Shown one piece after another: positions 30,820 to 41,529 of a DNA stretch of 64,000 bases. Position numbers and translations under genes: made by a program. Numbering within the stretch: position 1 is the first letter of the stretch; the number at the start of each line of letters is the position of its first letter. Under the pieces are notes generated by a model. The model saw only the letters and a list, made by a program, of their open reading frames with translations, did no database searches and had not been told where the DNA came from. Source of the DNA: an uncultured Spirochaetota bacterium (GTDB taxonomy: Bacteria; Spirochaetota; UBA4802; UBA5550); the NCBI GenBank assembly GCA_963827275.1, contig CAWHAA010000008.1, positions 160,001-224,000 of the forward strand, in the 5' to 3' direction.

Positions 30820-31548
30820 TTATTTTGTCTTGATAAAATACTCGCCCATCATGGTGGTGCGGATGCGGGTAAGGTCCAGGAAGGATTTCACCGCGCGCAG
30901 TATCCGGACCATGTTGCGTGCCAGCTGCCACGGGTTTTCAGCGCCGTAGAACAGGAACGGGTTCGACACGTGTTTTTTCGACGGCCAGGCCTCCTCCACG
31001 ATCCCCTCGAAGGGGGGCGCGCCGGGGGTGATCGCTTCAATCACGAGGTTGCGCACGTACCGCGTGCGGGGTTGTATCTGCTCTGATACAGGGGACATAA
31101 TGCCGTGCCAGCGGGCGACCCACTCGTCGCGCGACAGGCGGCGCGGCCGCTGCATCAGGGTCACCGCGGTGACGCCCGGCGATCGGCGGCCGTCGGCCCA
31201 GTCGCGGGGTTTCGCGTGACGATTGCCGCCGTAGTCGGTGAAGATCGATTCCTCCACCAGGTAGCCGGCGATCCGGAAGCCGGAATAGCGGAGCATGTCT
31301 TCGATGTTTTTCCGCCTGTTCAGGTCCTCCACCCAGACGCTCAGGAGCGCGCAGATAGGCGGGCCGCCGTAGAGCTTCGGCGCCGGCGAGCGCATGTCTG
31401 ATTCCGGGTCGGCAATGTCCATGGTGAGCCGCTCCGCGCCCGACCCGATGAGGCGCGACGAAAGATCGCCCCTGAGAATGTCGCGCGTCTTCGCCTTTTC
31501 CTGCCCGCGCGGTGACCAGAGAAGATATACCAGCTTGTAGAGTTCCAT
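30820..31548 (-). CDS. EthD-like (dimeric alpha-beta barrel) protein
   Basis: RPRRLSRDEWVARWHG...YVRNLV...FEGIVEEAW; GGAG before ATG at 31548. Confidence 0.65.
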   Translation of the reverse strand: MELYKLVYLLWSPRGQEKAKTRDILRGDLSSRLIGSGAERLTMDIADPESDMRSPAPKLYGGPPICALLSVWVEDLNRRKNIEDMLRYSGFRIAGYLVEESIFTDYGGNRHAKPRDWADGRRSPGVTAVTLMQRPRRLSRDEWVARWHGIMSPVSEQIQPRTRYVRNLVIEAITPGAPPFEGIVEEAWPSKKHVSNPFLFYGAENPWQLARNMVRILRAVKSFLDLTRIRTTMMGEYFIKTK

Positions 31549-31776
31549 GCGCCGCTCCTGTTCGGTCTTTTCTTGATGGATGATGGGTTCTGCGCCGGCG
31601 TGTCCGGGGGCCGGTGCCACTCCCGGCAGCCGTGATCCGCCGGCGCTATCAGCGTATTTCTTTCGCCCGGGCGGTTCCTGTCAAGAGTTAAACCGGAGGC
31701 CGGGAAGTGATTTAATTATTGACAGATCAGCCCGAAAATATGAATGCTATAATCCCTGTTAAAGGAGAGGTTTGCC

Positions 31777-32229
31777 ATGCCGTCCGTTACCGAATATACC
31801 AGACCAGGTTATATAAAGGTCGTTGAATCGACCAACAAGTTCAAGGCAATAGAAGAGATCGCCCTGTCGTTCAAGGACACCGGGGTGTGCACCGATATCC
31901 ACAGCCTCATCAAGGCGCTCAAGGAACGGGAAGAGATCATGAGCACCGGCATCGGCTTCGGCATCGCCATCCCCCATGCGAAGATCGGCGCGATCCGTGA
32001 AATGGCCTTCGCAATAGGGATCTCGAGGCCCGGGATCGATTTCGATTCAATGGACGGCGAACCGGTCCACCTGGTCATCCTCGTGGCCGCAGGTGAAAAG
32101 CAGCACAAGGAGTATCTCCGCCTCCTCTCGAACATAATGGCGATCATCAAGAAGGAAAACGTGAAGGAGAGCATCATCAACGCCCCGACCAGCGAAGAGG
32201 TGCTCGAGATACTCAGGACCAACAGCTGA
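31777..32229 (+). CDS. PTS EIIA, Ntr/fructose type
   Basis: EREEIMSTGIGFGIAIPHAK, GIDFDSMDGEPVHLV. Confidence 0.9.
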   Translation: MPSVTEYTRPGYIKVVESTNKFKAIEEIALSFKDTGVCTDIHSLIKALKEREEIMSTGIGFGIAIPHAKIGAIREMAFAIGISRPGIDFDSMDGEPVHLVILVAAGEKQHKEYLRLLSNIMAIIKKENVKESIINAPTSEEVLEILRTNS

Positions 32230-32355
32230 CCGACAACCGCCCCGAAAATAAAGTTGACAAAATCCCGTTCGGCTCATTTTTGAAATTCGATCGATAGATA
32301 TTTGAATGATGACGTATTCCCGCGCTCGAGCGGGCATATCGCCGTACCGAGGTGC

Positions 32356-34834
32356 ATGATGGCAGAGAAAGAAAGGGACTACGACTTTGGCGGGATCGAG
32401 CTGAAATGGCAGAAGCGCTGGCAAGATTCAAAGGCCTTCCTGAGCAAAAAGGACCCGTCAAAGAAGAAATACTACGTGCTTGAGATGTTTCCCTATCCCT
32501 CGGGCCGGCTCCACATGGGGCACGTGCGGAACTATACCATCGGTGACCTTGTCGCGCGGTTTTTAAAGATGAAGGGGTACAACGTGTTCCATCCCGATGG
32601 GATGGGACTCCTTCGGACTCCCCGCGGAGAACGCCGCCATCAAGAACAATATCCCTCCCTTCACATGGACGTCCGATAACATCAGCTACATGAAGAAACA
32701 GCTGAACCGGATGGGTTTCTCCTACGACTGGACCCGCGAGGCGGCCACCTACAAGCCGGAGTACTATAAGTGGAACCAGTGGATGTTCCTGAAAATGTAC
32801 GAGAAGGGGCTCGCGTATAAGAAGAAGGCGCCGGTCAACTGGTGCGAGACCTGCCAGACGGTGCTCGCCAACGAGCAGGCGGAAGGGGGGATCTGCTGGC
32901 GCTGCGAGAGCGAGGTGACGCAGAAGGAGCTCGAGCAGTGGTTCTTCAAGATCACGGACTATGCCGACGACCTGCTCAGGGGCCACGAGGAGCTTACCGG
33001 CAACTGGCCGGAGCAGGTGCTCACCATGCAGAAGAACTGGATCGGCAGGTCCACGGGCCTCCGCATCAACTTCACGCTCGAAACCGGCGAGGACTTCCCG
33101 ATATACACGACAAGGCCCGACACCGTGTACGGCGTGACCTTCATGGTGATCGCGCCCGAGCACCCGCTGCTCGAACGGGTGCAGGACCCGAAGGTGAAGG
33201 AGTTCATCGCCCGCATCAGGAACCAGTCGATGTTCGACCGCATGTCTGACGACAAGGAGAAGGAAGGGATCGACACCGGGCTGAAAATCGTCAACCCCTT
33301 CAACGGAGACACCGTGCCCCTGTACGTGGGCAACTTCGTCCTGATGGGGTACGGGACCGGCGCTATCATGGCGGTCCCGGCCCACGACACCCGCGACTTT
33401 GCGTTCGCGAAAAAGTTCGGGATCCCGGTAAAGCTCGTCATCGACAACCCGAAGGCGCCGATTGACGTGAAAACCATGCAGGACGCCTACGTGGATGAGG
33501 GCGTGTGCGTGAACTCCGCGCAGTTCAACGGCATCTCCAACACGGACGCCATAGAAAAGATAGCCGACTTCGCGGAGGAGAAGGGGTTCGGGAAGCGCGA
33601 GGTCAACTTCAGAATACGCGACTGGCTCGTCTCCCGCCAGCGCTACTGGGGCTGCCCCATACCCATGGTGTACTGCAACACGTGCGGTATCGTGCCGGTG
33701 GCGGAAAAGGACCTGCCGGTTGTCCTCCCCACCGAGGTCGATTTCAAGGGGGACTCGCAGTCGCCCCTTATCCACATGGACGGGTTCAGGAACACGGCGT
33801 GCCCGAAATGCGGCGGCGCGGCACGCCGGGAGACGGACACCATGGACACCTTCGTCGATTCCTCCTGGTACTATGCCAAGTTCACGTCGCCCGGCTCGAA
33901 GGAGATTTTCGACCGGGACGAGGTCGAATACTGGATGCCCGTGGACCAGTATATCGGCGGCATCGAGCATGCGGTGCTCCACCTGCTCTACGCGCGCTTT
34001 TTCTCCATGGTCATGAACGACATGGGGCTCCTCAAAACGAGGGAGCCGTTCACGAGCCTTCTCACGCAGGGGATGGTGATCAAGGACGGCGCGAAGATGA
34101 GCAAGTCGAAGGGGAACGTGGTAGACCCCGACGCCATTATCGAAAAGTACGGCGCGGACACCGTGCGCCTCTTCATGCTCTTTACCGCCCCGCCGCAGAA
34201 GCAGCTGGAATGGTCCGACAAGGGCGTGGAAGGGTGCTTCCGCTTTATCGGCCGCATCTGGCGCTTCATCAACCGCTACGCGGAATTGTATGATGAAAAG
34301 TATTCGCTTGACGGCGCGGACCTTGGCGATGCGCTCCAGAAGGTGCGCCGCGAGCTCCACCTTGCCGTCAAGTCCGTCACCTACGATATCCATGAGCGGA
34401 TGCAGTTCAATACCGCGATCGCGCGTATGATGGAGCTCATGAACGCGCTCTACCTTGTCGAGGAGAAGGAGTTCGGCACCCCGGAGGGGCGGGCGGTCCT
34501 GTCCGAGGTGATCGGCACGCTCCTTCCCATGCTCTCTCCCTTTATCCCGCACGTCACGGCCGAGCTCTGGGAGATGCTGGGGAACAGGAACGAGCTCCAC
34601 GACATGCCATGGCCTTCTTTTGTGGAGTCGCTGGCCAGGCGGGACGAGGTTGAGATTGTCTTTCAGGTCAACGGCAAGATCCGCGCCAAGGAGCAGGTGA
34701 GCGCTGATATTTCGAAAGAAGAGATGGAAACAATGGCCAGGGAGCACGAGAAGGTGAAGGATTTCATCGAGGGAAAAACCGTGCGAAAGGTAATAGTGGT
34801 CCCGGGTAAACTCGTCAATATTGTGGTGCAATAA
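32356..34834 (+). CDS. leuS: Leucine-tRNA ligase, split by a 1-nt insertion near 32593-32596
   Basis: [48 protein letters not shown]. Confidence 0.96.
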
Positions 34835-34848
34835 TGGAGGGTGGTCCT

Positions 34849-35517
34849 ATGCCTGATAAAAAGCGCATCAGGGCGGCGGCCGTTCCGCTGGCCATTGGAA
34901 TTGTTGTCACGCTGGCAGTCTTCATCATCATGACGGTCACTGCCGGGTACGACGTTATCGTCAAGGACTCCTCCGGCTATTACCGCGCCCGCTCCCTCTT
35001 CATCGCCGGGAATGTCTTTTTCTGTTCCCGCGACGAAGCGAGTTACCCCACGAAAAAGCAGGCGGTGGACGGCCCGGCCGCCGGTACGGACCTTGCATTT
35101 ATATCGATGCGGCAGGCCGAGTTCATCGAGATCGTCTGGCACGGGGACGAGGCCGGCCCGGCCCTGGGAGAGTGGCAGGCGACGCTGAAGGATTACATCG
35201 GCGATTACCAGATGAACGCGGCCGGCAACCGCGGGTTCCTCTCCCTGCGCGCGAGCGGGTCCTATGTCTATGGAACGGTCCGCTTCCCCGATTGGGGCAG
35301 GGGCGCGACGGAGTATCTGAAAAATGTGAGGATCGCCGGCGGGAAGATATATTTCACGCGCTCCGTGACGACGCAGGCCGAGCTTCGAAGGATCGGCGGC
35401 AACGCCTACTTCGTACAGCAGTACAGCGGGGAGTATCTCCAGAGCGGCAGGATGATCAAGGGGTTTTACACGGTCTACGGCGCGCGCAAAACGTGGGAGG
35501 CGGTGAAAACCAGGTAG
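34849..35517 (+). CDS. Membrane-anchored hypothetical protein downstream of leuS
   Basis: Single N-terminal TM, beta-rich body; GGAGGG RBS. Confidence 0.7.
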   Translation: MPDKKRIRAAAVPLAIGIVVTLAVFIIMTVTAGYDVIVKDSSGYYRARSLFIAGNVFFCSRDEASYPTKKQAVDGPAAGTDLAFISMRQAEFIEIVWHGDEAGPALGEWQATLKDYIGDYQMNAAGNRGFLSLRASGSYVYGTVRFPDWGRGATEYLKNVRIAGGKIYFTRSVTTQAELRRIGGNAYFVQQYSGEYLQSGRMIKGFYTVYGARKTWEAVKTR

Positions 35518-35527
35518 CGGAATCGCC

Positions 35528-35905
35528 ATGCAGGAAAAAAAACCGTACGCATATTACAAGTTCATCGGCGTCAGGCCCTTCACGAAACTGCTGGAAGAAT
35601 CCGGTGTCGGGTATGTGGTGTTCGATGATCCCGCAGTGCCGCATCTCTATGAATCCCGGCCCGATTATTTCAACCCGGCGGACGATACGATAACGGTGGG
35701 GCGGTGCACCCAGGACGGCGTCGAGGTCTATTTTGCGGAATTCGGTATCAAGATCACGAAAAGCTTCCGGTCACATATAATCTTCATCTATGACCATCAC
35801 CCGACCCTGGATGACATGGAGGTGTCCGCGGCCGACATCGACCCCCTCATACAGCAGCACCTCGACGGCGTGGATCTCGGGGAGATCCTGGGCGAGGGGA
35901 ACTGA
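35528..35905 (+). CDS. Hypothetical protein
   Basis: 125-aa ORF 10 nt after the previous gene, same strand. Confidence 0.65.
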   Translation: MQEKKPYAYYKFIGVRPFTKLLEESGVGYVVFDDPAVPHLYESRPDYFNPADDTITVGRCTQDGVEVYFAEFGIKITKSFRSHIIFIYDHHPTLDDMEVSAADIDPLIQQHLDGVDLGEILGEGN

Positions 35906-35923
35906 CCGCCCTCCTTTCCGAGC

Positions 35924-37432
35924 CTAAAATACGTAGCTTCCCGAAACGGAGAAGAGATAGTTCTTGTTCAACTCTGTAAAATCTGAATACTTTCCATTGA
36001 AATTGAACGCTCCCATTACGCCGATGCTGAAATCGAGGTTTTCGTATGCGTTGATCCTGAGCGTGGGCGACCAGAAGATCGCCCGCCCCTGGATGTCGGC
36101 GATGGTAAAAAATTCTCCCCGCACCAGAGGGTGAAAATCATAGCCGAGCGCGACCGCCAGGTAGTGCTGGTTGATGGTGAGGAACTGGTTTGCCAGCTGC
36201 AGGTAGGTCTTCTGGTCCATGGCGTTGAACTGCTTCGCGTAAAACGCCATTTTCATGTCCTTGTTGTGGTTTCCCGCCTTCTGGTTGTAAAAATATTCCA
36301 CCAGGAAAAAGACCCCCGCCTTGAAGGTGTATTCGTAGCCCGCGTTCGCGGTGAAATACACGGGGCTGCTCACGTTGTTGCCGGGGATCATGAAGCGGAC
36401 CGGGTACCATGGGTCGGTATCGGTAAGGTACGGTTCGCCTGCCTGGCTGATCATCACGCTCCCCCTGAGCATGCCGTCGAGCACGATCGAGGCGAAATCG
36501 AACCCGGCCAGGCCGCGGCTCGTCACGTATCCTCCCAGGATCGCGATATCCGTGTCCTTTACAGAGGTCTTGGCGCGGAGCACGTAGTTGCACTCCTTGA
36601 TGTTGACGTGTTTGATCTTATCATTGCTCTTCTTCAGGTCGGCGATCAGGGTGATTTCGGTCTTATCGTCCGGAAAGAAATCAAGCCTGATCGCGTCGGT
36701 CCCCTTCTGCTCATCACCCCCCTCGACGAAGGTGGGGGAGATGGGGCTCAGGATGTCGAGCGGATTCCAGAGCTTTCCGCTCCCGAAGCGTATCTGCTGG
36801 CGGCCGATTGTCGCGGAAAAATAATCGACGGTCACCTTTACGTAGGCGCGGTGGATCTTCGTGCGGTAAAAGACCTCTTCGCCGCGGTAAGGCTCCCAGC
36901 TGATATGAAGGAGGTCGTTGTAGGTGGACGAGCGCCAGTAACCCTTGAAGTAGAGGCTCCTGCCGTAATTGCTCCATATCAGCTCGTTGTCGTAGTCCAC
37001 CTTGACGGTGAGGATGTCGCCGTAGCGGAATTCCGGGGAAAGCCGCAGCCGCGTGAGGTTCGCCGAGAGGTTTTTCGGCTTGTAGAGGAGCGGGTTCTTG
37101 TTGAAAAACTTGTCGGTGCGGTGGAAGGAGTACAGGTCCTTTACCTGGCCTTTGAACTTGAACTGTGCTCCTTTCTTTTCATCAACGGTTTCTTCGCTGT
37201 CCCCTTCCCCGTCCGCCGGCGCCATGTCAGCTTTTCCCCCGGCGTCTTTCTTTCCGTCAGACGTGTCGCTCTCCTGCACGCCTCCGGTTTCATCTTCAGA
37301 TACGCTGATCGTCTCCTTCTTTTCGGCGGTCTCACGGTTCTTGTCCGCCGCCCTGACGGGGGAGGAGATCGCCGCCGGCAATCCGATCAAAACAGCGAGT
37401 GACAGTGTCAGGATGGTTCGTGTAACGGTCAT
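35924..37432 (-). CDS. Putative outer-membrane beta-barrel partner of the ABC operon
   Basis: Signal peptide, GRQQIRFGSGKLWNPLD, C-terminal SGSYVF. Confidence 0.7.
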   Translation of the reverse strand: MTVTRTILTLSLAVLIGLPAAISSPVRAADKNRETAEKKETISVSEDETGGVQESDTSDGKKDAGGKADMAPADGEGDSEETVDEKKGAQFKFKGQVKDLYSFHRTDKFFNKNPLLYKPKNLSANLTRLRLSPEFRYGDILTVKVDYDNELIWSNYGRSLYFKGYWRSSTYNDLLHISWEPYRGEEVFYRTKIHRAYVKVTVDYFSATIGRQQIRFGSGKLWNPLDILSPISPTFVEGGDEQKGTDAIRLDFFPDDKTEITLIADLKKSNDKIKHVNIKECNYVLRAKTSVKDTDIAILGGYVTSRGLAGFDFASIVLDGMLRGSVMISQAGEPYLTDTDPWYPVRFMIPGNNVSSPVYFTANAGYEYTFKAGVFFLVEYFYNQKAGNHNKDMKMAFYAKQFNAMDQKTYLQLANQFLTINQHYLAVALGYDFHPLVRGEFFTIADIQGRAIFWSPTLRINAYENLDFSIGVMGAFNFNGKYSDFTELNKNYLFSVSGSYVF

Positions 37433-37438
37433 GGTTGC

Positions 37439-38167
37439 CTATCTCTTTTTCCCGGATTTTTTTTCAGCGCTTTCCCTGACGCTCTTCTTCTTGTTATCGG
37501 ACACGATCATACCGTCGGTAAGGCTGATGAGCCGCTCCGCATATTCCATCACCATTCTGTCGTGCGTGGAAAAAATAAAGGTGATGTTCTTCCTGTGGTT
37601 CAGGTCGTGCATCAGGTCGAGGAGGCTTGCCCCGGTCTTCTGGTCCAGGTTCGCTGTCGGTTCGTCGGCCAGGACCAGCTCGGGCTCGGACACGATGGCG
37701 CGCGCCACCGCGACCCGCTGCTGCTGACCGCCCGAGAGCTCCTTGGGCCGCCGGTTGATCTCCTTTCCGAGGCCGACTTCTTTCAGTATCCGCTCCGAGC
37801 GCTTGCGGCGCTCAGCCTTTCCCACTCCCTGGAGGAGGAGAATGTACTCGACATTCTCAACCGCGGTGAGCACCGGGATCAGGTTGTAGGCCTGGAATAT
37901 GAACCCGATGTTGTTCAGCCGCATGTCCGAGAGCTCCTTCGGCGACATCCCGTTCAGGTCCTTTTCCGCGACGGTCAGGGTGCCGGCGGTGGGGTTGTCC
38001 AGACCGCCGATCAGGTTCAGGAGGGTTGTTTTCCCCGAGCCGGAGGGGCCGGCGATGGCGGTGAACTCTCCGCGCTCCACGGTAAGATCGACGCCCCGCA
38101 GGGCGCGGACCTCGAGGCCCTCGCCGTCGTAATTTTTCACCAGGTTCTTGATGGTTATTATAGCCAT
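37439..38167 (-). CDS. ABC transporter ATPase (LolD/MacB-like)
   Basis: GPSGSGKT, LSGGQQQRVA, ADEPTANLD, STHD. Confidence 0.93.
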   Translation of the reverse strand: MAIITIKNLVKNYDGEGLEVRALRGVDLTVERGEFTAIAGPSGSGKTTLLNLIGGLDNPTAGTLTVAEKDLNGMSPKELSDMRLNNIGFIFQAYNLIPVLTAVENVEYILLLQGVGKAERRKRSERILKEVGLGKEINRRPKELSGGQQQRVAVARAIVSEPELVLADEPTANLDQKTGASLLDLMHDLNHRKNITFIFSTHDRMVMEYAERLISLTDGMIVSDNKKKSVRESAEKKSGKKR

Positions 38168-38179
38168 GGGTGTCTCCTC

Positions 38180-39415
38180 CTATACATAATGAAGCGCTTC
38201 GAGCGGCTTGATACGCGCCGCCTTCACCGCCGGGTATATCGCGGCGATGCAGGTCGTGAACTCCACGACCAGTAGTATGATGATATAATCCTTCACGTAC
38301 ATGAAGGGGTAGATAACGCTCCCGGCGCCCCACTGCCGCATGGCTTCCATGAAGAGCGAGAAATCGAGGCCGGTGAAATGGAGCGCCTGTATCAGCACGA
38401 CGCCCGCCGCGAGACCGGCCGCCAGGCCGACGACCCCGAGGTTGATTGCCTCGAACATGATGATGAAAAAGATCTGCGAGGGCCGCGTCCCGATTGATTT
38501 CATGACGCCGATTTCATGGAAACGCTCCATGATCGACATGATGAGGGTGTTCGCGATTGAAAACACGACGGTGATGAAGAAGATCGCATAATAGATGAGG
38601 AGCATGCTGTCCATCAGCTTGATGGCGCTCACCAGGTTCGGCGCCATGTCCTTCCAGGTCATGACATCCAGCGAGGCGTCGCCGATGCCCTTCGTGAGAC
38701 GCGGCTTGATGGCGTCGACCGCCTCCTTTTTGGTGGCGACGATCATGATTTCGGATATGTTGTCGCCCAGCCCGGTGATGGCCTGGAGACGCCTGATGCC
38801 CATGTACGCCACCGAGTTGTCGTATTCCTCGACCGGCGTCTGGAAAAAGCCGCGCACGGTGAGGCCCACGCCGGCCATTTCGCTGTTTTTGTCCTGCATG
38901 ATGAGAACGACCTTGTCCCCCACGAGGACATCCAGCTTTTCGGCGAGGGACCTGGAGATCATGATTTCGTCGCCTTCGGGACTTTCGAGGAACGACCCGC
39001 CGCCGTCTTTCAGGGTGTATTCGTTCATCCTGGAGACCTTTTTTTCCTGTGCCGGGTCAACGCCGATGATAACGAGGCCGCGGGAGGATTCGCCCGTCCG
39101 GATCATGGCGAAGGCCTTGACGCGCGGCGCCGCCGCGATGACATCGGGGTCGCCCTTCAGGGCCCGGGCGATGCGCGGGTCAGGATAAAAGTTCGTCTCG
39201 ATCTTCATGTTCTCAAAGAAGCCCTTCTTGTGCACGACAAGGTGCCCGAGTTTGGTGCTGATGCTGTTGTCCAGCATCTGGGCTATTATGCCGTTCATCA
39301 ACCCGAGGGCGAACATCATCATGAGCACCCCGAGGCTGATCGAAAATATGACCACCAGCGACCGGCGCTTCTGCCGCCACAGGTTTCTCCATCCCAGCAT
39401 GATAAAGGTCTTCAT
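38180..39415 (-). CDS. ABC permease (FtsX/LolC-E-like)
   Basis: WRNLWRQKRRS, ERFHEIGVMKSIG, PAVKAARIKPLEAL. Confidence 0.9.
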   Translation of the reverse strand: MKTFIMLGWRNLWRQKRRSLVVIFSISLGVLMMMFALGLMNGIIAQMLDNSISTKLGHLVVHKKGFFENMKIETNFYPDPRIARALKGDPDVIAAAPRVKAFAMIRTGESSRGLVIIGVDPAQEKKVSRMNEYTLKDGGGSFLESPEGDEIMISRSLAEKLDVLVGDKVVLIMQDKNSEMAGVGLTVRGFFQTPVEEYDNSVAYMGIRRLQAITGLGDNISEIMIVATKKEAVDAIKPRLTKGIGDASLDVMTWKDMAPNLVSAIKLMDSMLLIYYAIFFITVVFSIANTLIMSIMERFHEIGVMKSIGTRPSQIFFIIMFEAINLGVVGLAAGLAAGVVLIQALHFTGLDFSLFMEAMRQWGAGSVIYPFMYVKDYIIILLVVEFTTCIAAIYPAVKAARIKPLEALHYV

Positions 39416-39429
39416 TGCCTGTCCTCCTG

Positions 39430-40680
39430 TTACAGCTGCCGTATCGCTTTGAGCGGGTTCAACTTTGAGGCCCGCCGCGCGGGCGCGATGGAAAAGAGGA
39501 CCCCGAAGAGGAAGGTCAGGACCGACGTGATGACGACATTGGGCAGGGTCAGCTTTGCCGGGAATACCGTCGTGACCATCGCGAACACTTCCATCTCCTT
39601 CTGGTAATCGGAGAAGTCGAACGGGTAAAGGAAAAAATAGTAGCTGACGGCGCAGCCGACCGCGATCCCCAGGAGGGTGCCCATGAACGAGATGAAGACC
39701 GATTCAAGGAGGACCATGGTCACGATCTGCCGCGGCCTGGTCCCGATCGCCATCATGATGCCCAGCTCCCGGGTCCGTTCGAACACCGACATCTGGACCG
39801 TGTTGAGCACGCCGAAGGCCGTGATCAGGAAGAGTATGAAATAGAAGATGTACCCGAAAAGCTTGTCCATGACGATGGCCTGGATCAGCTCCGGCGTGAG
39901 CTCGTCCCAGCCCATGACCTCGAGGGCTTTCGAACCGGGGAGGGCGCGGATCTCGTCCCTGACCCGGTCCATGTCGGAGGTGTCTTTCAGCCTGATCACG
40001 ATGGAGTTCAGGTATTCCATCGTGGTGAAGGTTTCCGCTGCCTGCGCTATCGGCATGATGATCATTGCCTGGTCGTACCGGGGGTTCAAAGTTTTGAATA
40101 CGCCGACGATCTCGACGTTCGCCGCCGCGATGGACCCGTCGAACCCCTGCGACATGATGGAAACGGTGTCGCCCACCTTCGCGCCCAGGTTCTTCGCCAG
40201 GGTCGTTCCGATGACGATCCTCTTGCCGTCATCCGGGACGAGGTACCGTCCCCCGGGCTGAATTGTCCTGTGCAGGGTGCTCACCTTTTGTTCATTCTCG
40301 GGTTCCACTGCCTGGACAAGGACGCCGAAGGTGTTGTTTCCCAGCGAGACAAGGCCGGCGGCATGGATCCTCCGGGAGACGGCGGCGATGTCCCGGTTGC
40401 CGTTCAGGTAGGATGTGAGCGGCGCGCCGGGGATGAAGGCGTAATCGATGCTCTGGTTGTCCCAGAAGCCCTTTTCATGCATCTGGATATGGCCGGTATT
40501 GGCGGCGATGGAATCCTCGATCATCGCTTCATAGCTCCCGTCCTGCGTGGCGCGGAAAAAAATGATCATCGAACACCCCACCATGATGGTGAGGAGGGTG
40601 AGGATGGTGCGCCGCCTGTTCTTCCAGACATTGCGCCAGGCGAGCATCACCTCGATGGATGATTCCTTGGAACGCTTCAT
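39430..40680 (-). CDS. ABC permease (FtsX/LolC-E-like)
   Basis: WRNVWKNRRRT, ERTRELGIMMAIG, PARRASKLNPLKAI. Confidence 0.9.
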   Translation of the reverse strand: MKRSKESSIEVMLAWRNVWKNRRRTILTLLTIMVGCSMIIFFRATQDGSYEAMIEDSIAANTGHIQMHEKGFWDNQSIDYAFIPGAPLTSYLNGNRDIAAVSRRIHAAGLVSLGNNTFGVLVQAVEPENEQKVSTLHRTIQPGGRYLVPDDGKRIVIGTTLAKNLGAKVGDTVSIMSQGFDGSIAAANVEIVGVFKTLNPRYDQAMIIMPIAQAAETFTTMEYLNSIVIRLKDTSDMDRVRDEIRALPGSKALEVMGWDELTPELIQAIVMDKLFGYIFYFILFLITAFGVLNTVQMSVFERTRELGIMMAIGTRPRQIVTMVLLESVFISFMGTLLGIAVGCAVSYYFFLYPFDFSDYQKEMEVFAMVTTVFPAKLTLPNVVITSVLTFLFGVLFSIAPARRASKLNPLKAIRQL

Positions 40681-40685
40681 TCCCC

Positions 40686-41471
40686 CTATCTCCTTTTGAG
40701 GTTCTGCAGCGAGAAGACGCTGTTATCTATCCTGACGTTGAACTTGACGTCCTTTATCACCAGCAGCGTGTATTCATCGCCCTGCTGCCCTCCCTCTCTT
40801 TTCTTTTTGAAGGTGACCATCTTCATGGTGGTGGGGATGACGCGGCCGTGCATGCTTTTAAAATCGCCGCAGGTGAGGAGTTTTTTCAGCTTCCCGTGCT
40901 GGTCGTAGAATTCCTGTCTCACCGGGAGGCAGTCGCTCACCCGCGCGTAGTAGACCAGCTTGCCCCACACCACCGCGGCGCTGGGCTTCGGGGTCATGGT
41001 GATCTGGTAGCATTCCTCTCCCTCGACGGTCTTCTTGCCGTCAAGGACATGGATGTAGTCCTCGACGATGCTCGATTCCTTGACGATGTCGTCGTTGGTG
41101 AAATCCGAGCCCATCCATGACTGGAGCATCATGGAGGGATGGATCTTCATCTCCTTGCCGATGTCGGGGTTGTAGTGCCACATCAGCTTTTCCTTCTGGA
41201 TCATGAGGAAGCGGTTGCCCGCGTCCTTCTTGGGGGCCAGGATCTCGGCGAAGGATTTCTTCGCCAGGCGGTTGTCCCAGCTCTTCATCTTCATGGTCCG
41301 GGTCCACCGGCGGGTCTTGATGGTCATCTCCATGAGGGCGACCTGCGAATCGCCCCGGACCGCCTGGTCCGCCCTGTCGATGATCTCCATGGCGGTAAGG
41401 GCGAAGGTGGGCCCGTGCATCGCCGGTACGGCGAGCAGTATTGCGATGATGATAAGAAAAGATCTCTTCAT
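40686..41471 (-). CDS. LolA-like outer-membrane lipoprotein-sorting protein
   Basis: Signal peptide, APKKDAG, SMMLQSWMGSDFTNDDIV, FSLQNLKR. Confidence 0.85.
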   Translation of the reverse strand: MKRSFLIIIAILLAVPAMHGPTFALTAMEIIDRADQAVRGDSQVALMEMTIKTRRWTRTMKMKSWDNRLAKKSFAEILAPKKDAGNRFLMIQKEKLMWHYNPDIGKEMKIHPSMMLQSWMGSDFTNDDIVKESSIVEDYIHVLDGKKTVEGEECYQITMTPKPSAAVVWGKLVYYARVSDCLPVRQEFYDQHGKLKKLLTCGDFKSMHGRVIPTTMKMVTFKKKREGGQQGDEYTLLVIKDVKFNVRIDNSVFSLQNLKRR

Positions 41472-41529
41472 GACGAACTCCTGCACTGGTGTTGGTTTCC
41501 GGTCCCGGCGACGGGCGACAGGTCCGGTT

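Noticed and set aside
32213..34831. 872-aa minus-strand ORF
   Set aside because: Antisense shadow of leuS; the same applies to long antisense ORFs over selA, metH, pepF and the ABC operon
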